From assembly GCA_963741205.1 (NCBI GenBank), contig CAVUHW010000012.1, positions 64,001-128,000 of the forward strand: a DNA stretch of 64,000 nucleotides, given 5' to 3'. The translations under genes and the position numbers were made by a program. The notes beneath the pieces were generated by a model. It did no database searches, had not been told where the DNA came from, and worked only from the letters and a program-made list of their open reading frames with translations. The stretch comes from Nitrospirota bacterium. GTDB taxonomy: Bacteria; Nitrospirota; UBA9217. This document shows positions 56,318 through 64,000 of the stretch, piece after piece (position 1 is the first letter of the stretch; every line of letters begins with the position of its first letter).

Positions 56318-57483
56318 TCAATCAATGACCAGCATTGCGCACTTCAAGTACTGCGTCTCGCGCGCCGCGAGCAGGACGGGGTGGTCCCGGGCCTGGGACC
56401 GCATCTCCAGGACCCTGGCCTGGCGGCCGGCGGAATAGGCGGCGTCGATCAGCATCTCGCGGAACAGGGCCTCGTCAATGTGGTGCGAGCAGGAGCAGGT
56501 CGCGAGAACGCCGCCCGGTTCGAGCAGCCGCATGGCGCGCAGGTTGATCTCCTTGTACCCCTTGAGCGCCTCTCTGACCTTTGCCCTGCTCTTGACGAAG
56601 GCCGGCGGGTCGAGGATGATCAAGCCGAAACGTTCCCGCTGTTTCTCAAGAGCGCGAAGTTCGTCGAAGACGTCGGCGTTCACAAACCGCGCCGATAGGT
56701 TGTTCCTCTCCGCGTTGGCCGCAGCGAGGGTTACGGCCTTTTCCGATGAATCGATGCCCGATGACCTCCGATGCCCCGTAGCGCGCGGCAGCGAGCGACC
56801 ATGCGCCCACGTAGCAGAAGCAGTCGAGCGTGCGTCGGCCGCGGCGCATAGTCACGAAGAGCCAGCCGGTTCTCGCGCTGGTCGAAAAAGAACCCCGTCT
56901 TCTGCCCTTCGAGCACGTCAACCTGATAGGAGATCCCGGATTCCTCAATGACCACCGGCCCGGTGACGCTGCCGAGGACAACGCGCTTTTCCTGCGTAAG
57001 ACCTTCAAGCGCGCGCGATCCGGCATCGTTCCTAAGACGATTGCCTCAGGTGAATACTCATCCTTGAGCGCGGCGATGATGTCATCCAGCAGGCGATCGA
57101 TGCCCGCGGTCAGAGACTGGAGGACGAGCGTATTGGCGTACTTGTCGACAATGAGGCCGGGCAGGCCGTCCCCTTCACTGTAGAGCGCGCGATAGGATTC
57201 TCCAAAGCCGAGGGACGTCCCGGAGAGCGCGCGCCGCGGAGATCCTCCGGCGGAGAAAATCCGCGTCGATTTCTTCCTGTTTGCGGGTCAGGATGCGCAC
57301 GGCGATAAGGGAGCGCGGGTTAATGTAGCCCCGCCCGACGAACCTGCCCGAGGCGTCCAGCACATCTATGACCTCGCCGGGCTCGGCACCCTCGGGTATT
57401 TTTTGAATCTCATTGCTGAAGACCCAGGGGTGGCCGCGAAGGACGCGCCGGTCTTCTTTCGGTTTGAGATGGACGGATTTCAT
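56318..57483 (-). CDS. rlmI: RlmI-like 23S rRNA m5C methyltransferase (frameshifted)
   Basis: [31 protein letters not shown] and ILDPPAF..TCSCS. Confidence 0.88.
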
Positions 57484-57578
57484 AGGGGGGAAAGCGATGC
57501 GGCAGAGCGCATGGCGCAAAGCGCAAAGCGTTTAAGACTTTTACGCCATGCGCTTTGCTCTATGCTCTCGCGCCTTTC

Positions 57579-58517
57579 TTACAGCCTGTTCTCGATGTTC
57601 GTGTCGCTCCTTAAGGTCTGAAGCCAGCTTCGGTAGGTGTTTTCCAGCTTCTGCTGAAAGAGCGTATTCATGATCTCGTCTTTCACCTTGTCATAGGGTC
57701 TGACCGGCGTACGCACCTCTTCCAGCCGGATGATGTGGTAGCCGCCCGCGCACTGGATCGGGCCGGCGATCTCGCCGGGTTTAAGCGTCCGGGCCGCCTC
57801 TTCGATCTCGGGCAGCATGGAATCCCTCTGCATGAACCCGAGGTCCCCGTCCTGCGGGTCCGTGACCGGGGAGTTGCGGCGGATCAGGCGCATGAAATCC
57901 TCCCCCTTCCTTGCCTGTTCACAGACCTCGGCGGCCTTCGCCTTCACTGCGGCAGCCTCGGCAGGCGTCGCGTTGTCCGGCAAGGGGAATAATATCTGGC
58001 GCACCCGGATCTCTTCGGGGAGGGAGTACGTTTTGATGTTGCGCTCGTAGTAGGCGCGGACCTCGGCGTCGTCCACGGCGATGCCGGACCGCACGAACTT
58101 GTTGAACATGCGCGAAAGCGTCATCTGCTCGCGAAGCTCCGTTTTATACTGCTCGAGCGTGAGCCCATCCTTGGCGAGTGCCGCCTCGAACTGCTTGACC
58201 TCTCCGAAGGAGTTCCGTTTCATGATATCGGCCACGGCATCGGCGAGCTCCTTGTCCGTTACGTCCATGGCGGAGCGTTTTGCAGCCGCCATCTGGAGTT
58301 TCCGGTCGATCATGTCCTCGAGCACCTGCCGGTCATCCCCCTTGACGTCGTTCTTCCTGAGCGCCTCCTCCCGCTGGAGGTCGGAGAGGGTAATGATGTC
58401 GTTATTCACGACCGCGACAACGCGGTCGACAACCACGGGCCCGGTTGCAAGGCCCTGGCCGGCGATCGAAAGGAGTAAGCCGGTCACGGCTATTCCGGTC
58501 AGTATCGTGTTCCTCAT
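57579..58517 (-). CDS. SurA-like chaperone/parvulin PPIase
   Basis: VDRVVAVVNNDII, RQIL, GDLGF and GYHIIRL. Confidence 0.88.
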   Translation of the reverse strand: MRNTILTGIAVTGLLLSIAGQGLATGPVVVDRVVAVVNNDIITLSDLQREEALRKNDVKGDDRQVLEDMIDRKLQMAAAKRSAMDVTDKELADAVADIMKRNSFGEVKQFEAALAKDGLTLEQYKTELREQMTLSRMFNKFVRSGIAVDDAEVRAYYERNIKTYSLPEEIRVRQILFPLPDNATPAEAAAVKAKAAEVCEQARKGEDFMRLIRRNSPVTDPQDGDLGFMQRDSMLPEIEEAARTLKPGEIAGPIQCAGGYHIIRLEEVRTPVRPYDKVKDEIMNTLFQQKLENTYRSWLQTLRSDTNIENRL

Positions 58518-58596
58518 GGAAAAGCTCCTTGTGTTCTGACGCCTCTTTTTCTGTTGCCTTTTGGCGGCCGGTTCATTATATTTCATATACCGCATT

Positions 58597-59693
58597 ATGA
58601 AAAGACTTCTTACTGCCTTCCTGGTTCTCCTCGCCGCATCATCACCGGCTTTCGCCGTTGACCCGGCGCCTCAGGATGAAATCACCATCGCCGCCGTCGG
58701 CGATATCATGCTCGGCGGACGAGCGGAACCGTTCCTCAACGAATTCGGGCCCGACTATCCCTTTGCCGAGGCGCGTGCCGGTCCTGGGAAATGCGGACAT
58801 CGTGGCAGGTAACCTCGAGTCCACGATATCCACCCGCGGCAAGGCGGTGGAAAACAAGAAGTTCACCCTCCGGGCCGGGCCGGTCGCTGCACGGGCGCTC
58901 AAGAGCGCGGGCATTCGCGTCGTAACGCTTGCCAACAATCACTCCTTGGATTTCGGCCCCCTTGCGCTCTGGGACACGATCGCGTCCCTCGAAGACAACG
59001 GCATTCTCTACAGCGGGGCCGGCATGAGTCTCGATGACGCGCGCACACCCGCCATCATAAAGATCAAGGGCAGGACGCTGGCCTTCCTCGCCTACTCCCT
59101 CACCTTTCCGCTCGAGTTCTTCGCTTCCGCAGGGAGGCCCGGCACGGCGCCGGGGTATGCGGAATTCGTAAAGGCCGACATCGAAAAGGTCAGGCCCCGA
59201 GCGGACCTGGTGATCGTTTCCTTCCACTGGGGCGCGGAGCTCTTGACCGCCGCAAAGGACTACCAGATCGAGCTCGGCCGCCATGCCATCGACTGGGGCG
59301 CCGACCTCGTGCTCGGCCATCACCCGCACGTGCTGCAGGAGCTCGAGGTGTACAAAGGCCGCCTCATCGCCTACAGTCTCGGCAACTTCGTGTTCGGGTC
59401 CGAGAGCGAACGCACGAACACGAGCATGATACTCCTTACGACGTTTCAGGGCAAGACCCTTGTGCGGGTCGAAGCGGTTCCCCTGGATGTCAACAACTAC
59501 CGCGTAAAGTACCGGCCCCACGTTCTGGACGGCAAGGCCGCCGCCCTGGTGCTGGACAGCGTCAACGCGGCGTCGGCGCGGTTCAAGACGAAGCTGGAGA
59601 TCGCGAACGGCCGCGGAACGATCGTGCTCCCCGCGCAGGTTGAACAGAGGAAATCCGCGATTGCATCGAGCCCTCTAGCCAACCGATCATTAA
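58597..59693 (+). CDS. CapA-family metallophosphatase-like protein (frameshifted; end uncertain)
   Basis: AVGDIM, NLE, LANNHSLD, HWG.E, GHHPHV and YSLGNF. Confidence 0.88.
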
Positions 59694-59746
59694 ACTGCTT
59701 TCAGTTTCTGTTTTACGTTAACAACCAAAACTGCAACCTGCCTGAC

Positions 59747-60707
59747 CTACTGCTCCAGGGCCTGGTAATTCACTTCAAACTTCGTCCTCGCCCTCAGTTC
59801 CTTGAGCCACTGCTTGTACCGTGCATCGTCCTTGTCCCGGCGCAGTCGCTCGGCAATGTCCTTGGAGGCGTCCGCAAGGCTGATCGGTCCTGCCTTGCGC
59901 TTGTCCTCGAGCTTGAAGATATGGTATCCGTAAGGGCTCTTGACGATCCCGCTCAGCCCGCCCTTGGGCAGGCCGAAGACGACGTTGAACTCCCCCGGCA
60001 TATCGCCCATCGCAAAATAACCGAGGTCCCCTCCCCGCTCCGCCTCCGGCGCCGTAGAGCTTCGCCGCGCCAGGGCGGCAAAGTCGGCGCCCGGCGCCCT
60101 GGAGCTGTTCCATTACCTTCCCGGCCTCCTGCTCGGTTGCCACAACTATCTGGCGTACGCGGACCTGTTCCGGCTTCTCGAACTCCAACGGGTTGGCCTT
60201 GTAATAGCGCTTCACCTCGGCCTGCGACACGGGCATTCCACGGTTCATATTTCGGGCCAGCAGCCGCTCGATCATCATGTCTTCCCAGATGTCGGACTTC
60301 CACTTCTCAAAATCGATCCCGAGGCCGGCAAGAATATCCTTAACGTCCTTTCCCTGCTCGGCGCAAAGCGCTTCGATTCTCTTGTCGATCTCCGGCGGCG
60401 CGATCTTGATCCGGATGCGCTGCGCTTCGCGCAGCATCATCGTGCGCTCGATGAGCCGGTTGAGGAAGTCCCGCTTCACTTCGAAGTCCGCTTCCCGGTC
60501 GGGCTTGAGCCCGGACCGGGCGAATCTTTCCTGAAATTCGGCGAGCGTTATGGGGTCTCCGTTTACGGTCGCCACGAACCTCACTTCGGCCGAAACCGGG
60601 GCCTGCGAAGCCGCGGGCTTTTCTTCAGCTGTTTTTTTGCATGAAAAAAATACTAGCCCCAGCAAAAGCGCCGGGGCTAGGAGATTGGTAAGTCGGGTGT
60701 TGTTCAT
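59747..60707 (-). CDS. PpiC-type (parvulin) foldase lipoprotein (frameshift)
   Basis: Lipobox FFSC, VATVNG, VRQIVV and KSPYGYHIF. Confidence 0.85.
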
Positions 60708-60737
60708 GGGCGGGCCGGTACGATGCAGCGTCCTTTT

Positions 60738-61430
60738 TTACTTCGGGGCCGGGTGTCGCCGTCATGTTGGACAGGTCCAGCTGCTTTGGGCTGGGACAGC
60801 GCGGTCATTGCCTGCTCCAGGGCCTTGTCGTCGATGGATGATCTTGGCCTTGGCCTTGAGGCCTTTCGCATAATCGAGGTAGAGGTCTCTCCGCTTCTCC
60901 TGCATCAGCCGCATCTTGAGCTGCGGACCGATCTCCTTCAGGGTGACCTTTTTGCCGGCTGCCGCTTCGATCTTGTCGCGGTTCTTGTTGTAATAATCCT
61001 GGATCTCCTGGTCCGTCGGCGCTGCGACCTTGGCCATCTTGTCACCGAGCTCTTTTTTCAGGACGGTGTTGAAGAGCTCGTTCTTGGCGTCCTCCTGGAC
61101 CCTTCGCTCAAGTTCCTTCTTCAGCATATCCTGCCTCTTTTTGAATTCGGCGTCCTTGTCGAGTCCTTGCCGCTTCGCTTCCTGCAGCACGAGCTCGATA
61201 CCGATCAGGTCTTCCAGAAATTCCTTCCGCGCCTTGGGATCGGACACCACGGCCTGCTGCATCTGCGGAGCCAGCTCCTCGAGCTGCTTCTTAAAATCCG
61301 TCGTCGTGATCGTGCCCCGGTTCACCTTGGCCAGGACCGCACTGTCCGTTGACGTAGCCTTGCTGCAGCCCGCGGCAGACAGGATGAGCGCGAGCATTGA
61401 TACTCCTACCGTCAGTTTCAATCTGTTCAT
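60738..61430 (-). CDS. SurA N-terminal-like lipoprotein
   Basis: Lipobox AAGC, VLAKVN..IT and ELVLQEAKRQGL. Confidence 0.7.
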
Positions 61431-61518
61431 GTAAAGCATTCCTCCGGTGAGTGAATTTATGTCTTTAGGATGAGAAGTGGTTCGTGATGTGCGAATAGAC
61501 AAAGGACTTTATAACACA

Positions 61519-64000
61519 CTAGAGCAGTTCCTGCAAGCACTTTTTCACCGATTCCGATGCGGTTCGCAGTGCATCGTCGGGCAGCGCGATCTGGAGCGTA
61601 TATTCCGGGAATGAGCTTGATCCTGCCCTTGTTCTTCTTCAGAAGCGCCATGACCTTGTCCGGCGAGATCGCGGCTTGACCGGTGAAGGTGATCGTAAGG
61701 CTCTCTTTGCCTGCATCGATCCTGGCGACCCCGGCGCGCTTCGCGGCGATCTTGACGCTCATGATCTCGAAAAGGTTCGCGGCGGGTTCGGGCAGCTCGC
61801 CGTAGCGGTCGCGAAGCCCATCCGCCACGTCTTTGAGCATTGCTTCGTCCGCGGCAGCCGAGATCTCCTTGTACGCGGCCAGCCGCATGCTCACATCGTT
61901 GATATAGTCCTCGGGAATGAACGCGGAAGCGCGCATGTTGATCTGCGTATCGGGTTCCGGCGAGACGCTCCTCCCCGCGGAGCCCGGCCATGGCCTCCTC
62001 CATCATCTGCGTGTAGAGGTCGATGCCCACGGCCGCGATGTGGCCCGACTGCTGTTTGCCCAGGAGGTTCCCGGCGCCGCGCGTTTCGAGGTCCTGCGCC
62101 GCGATGCGGAACCCCGCGCCGAGTTCGGAGAGCTCCTGGATGGCCCGGAGCCTTTTTCGCGCAATGTCCGAAAGCGTCTCGTCGGCGGGCGCAAGCAGAT
62201 AGGCATAGGCCTTCTCCCTGCTTCGCCCGACCCGTCCCTTGATCTGATAGAGGTCCGCCAGGCCGAATCGGTCCGCCCGGTTGATGATGATCGTGTTCGC
62301 CGCGGGGATGTCGATGCCGGACTCGATGATCGTCGTGGTCACGAGCACGTTCAGTGTGCCGGCTATGAACTTCGTCATCACATCCTCGATCTCATGCTCA
62401 TGGAGCTGCCCGTGGCCGACGCCGACCTTTGCCTCGGGCACGAGGTTTTGGATGAAATCGGCCATCCTCTCGATGCCCTGAACGCGGTTATGCACGAAAA
62501 AGACCTGGCCCCCGCGTCCGATCTCCTTTATGATCGCCTCGCGGATGACGCGTTTGCCGAAGCGCGCCAAAACCACCTGGATGGCCTGCCGGTCGAGGGG
62601 AGGCGTCTGGATGATCGAAAGGTCCCGGATGCCGGCGAGCGACATGTGGAGCGTGCGAGGTATTGGCGTTGCAGTGAGAGTCAGCACATCCACAAGCTTT
62701 TTAAATTCTTTTATCCGCTCCTTGTGCTTGACGCCGAACTTGTGCTCCTCATCCACCACGAGAAGGCCCAGATTCTTGAAGACCACGTCCTTCTGGAGCA
62801 GGCGGTGCGTGCCGATCACGATGTCCACGGTCCCGCTCCGCATGCCCTTGAGCGTTTCCCGCTGCTCGGAGCGGGTGCGGAAGCGCGAGAGCATCTCAAC
62901 GCGGACCCCGAAGGGGGCGAGCCGCTCGGAAAAGGTGCGCTCGTGCTGGTCCGCCAGAAGCGTCGTAGGCACGAGAACCGCCGCCTGCATTCCGTCCTCT
63001 ACGGCCTTGAACGCCGCGCGGAGCGCAACCTCCGTTTTTCCGTACCCCACGTCGCCGCACACAAGCCGGTCCATGGGCCGCGGCCGCTGCATGTCGGCGA
63101 GAACGTCCCCGATGGCCCTCTGCTGGTCCGGCGTCTCCTCGTAGGGAAAGGAGGCCTCGAACTCGCGGTACAGGTTATCGGGCTGCGTAAAGGGCGCGCG
63201 GCTCTGGGCCTCGCGCGCGGCGTAGATTGCGACGAGTTCCTGCGCCATGGCCAGGATGTCCTTCTTGACCTTTTCCTTTGTTTTTGCCCAGGCGGGCGCG
63301 CCGAGGCGGTCCAGCTTCGGGGCCGAGCCTTCAACGCCGATGTATTTCTGCACCTTGTCGAGACTGTAGAGCGGGACGTACAGTTTAGCGTCCGGTTCGT
63401 ACCGGAGGGTAAGGAAGTCGGTCTCGAAACCGTCGACGCTGATGTGCGTGAGGCCCTGGTATTCGCCCACGCCGTAGTCCGTATGCACCACGAAATCGCC
63501 GGGTTTGAGCTCCTTGAACGTGGAGAGGAAGGGGGCCACCTTGGAGGGCCTTGCCCCGGCCCGGGGGGGATGCATCTTCCTGCCGAAGATTTCCTCTTCG
63601 GTGATCACGACGAGGCCGAGCTCCTGCCACGAAAACCCCTCCGAGAGCCTGCCGGTCGTCGCCATGACCGGCCAAGGCCCGCGGTCCTGATTGGAATCCG
63701 AAACCGACACGCCGAGCGCTACACCGAGACCGTATTCCATGAAAAGCTTCTTGAGCCTCAGTGCCCCTTCTTCGGTTCCGCAGACGAGCTCGACGCGGTT
63801 GAATTCGCGGAGCCCCTTCAGCTTTTCTACAAGACCTGCCATCGAGCCCTCGGCCGGCTCGCCCGTTCGGCTGTCTTGCTCGAGTGGTTTGGTAAGCCTG
63901 ACCCCGAGCCAGGATGCGGATTTCGTGTCCAGGCGGTGTCCTGCGCCCGTGCCGAGCAGGCTGATATCCACAACCGGGAATCGCGAGAGCCCGTCCGTGA
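61519..64000 (-). CDS. mfd: Transcription-repair coupling factor (5' end off the window; frameshift near 61960)
   Basis: CGDVGYGKTEVA, VDEEH.FG, TATPIPRTL, QIKGRVGR, RGAGNLLG and TRCF C-terminus. Confidence 0.97.

Noticed and set aside
58658-60343. 561-aa CapA fusion protein
   Set aside because: The extension is read-through antisense to the ppiC gene, most likely from an indel near the true stop.

Overview
This window is the replication-origin region of a GC-rich anaerobic bacterium, most likely Nitrospirota or a Desulfobacterota relative (inferred from gene content and protein style). Single-base indels break many genes, including gyrA, gyrB and dnaN, so these are treated as long-read or assembly errors. 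Left to right: gyrA-gyrB-dnaN-dnaA (minus strand); tusA, dsrE-type genes, hisI and a HIT gene; a probable oriC unwinding module (DnaA box, DnaA-trios, AT-rich tract) about 2.2 kb from dnaA; rpmH-rnpA-yidD-yidC; an HD-GYP protein and an FKBP isomerase. The highlight is a ~13 kb co-oriented cluster (19.0-32.0 kb). It joins Methanosarcinales-type coenzyme M biosynthesis genes (cysteate synthase, sulfopyruvate decarboxylase) with an HdrDE-like membrane complex and a full corrinoid methyl-transfer module (two Zn-type MtaA-family enzymes, corrinoid protein, MtrH/MtgA-like protein, RACo activator). After it come an OmcS-like hexaheme cytochrome lacking the polymerising His16, an octaheme HAO-family cytochrome, CobW and cooS-cooF-FNOR (CO dehydrogenase). 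The rest holds a sigma-54 two-component system, a nine-repeat Ig-like lipoprotein, a dodecaheme cytochrome, a decayed integrative element at tRNA-Val(CAC) with three att copies, and the rlmI/surA/ppiC/mfd block.
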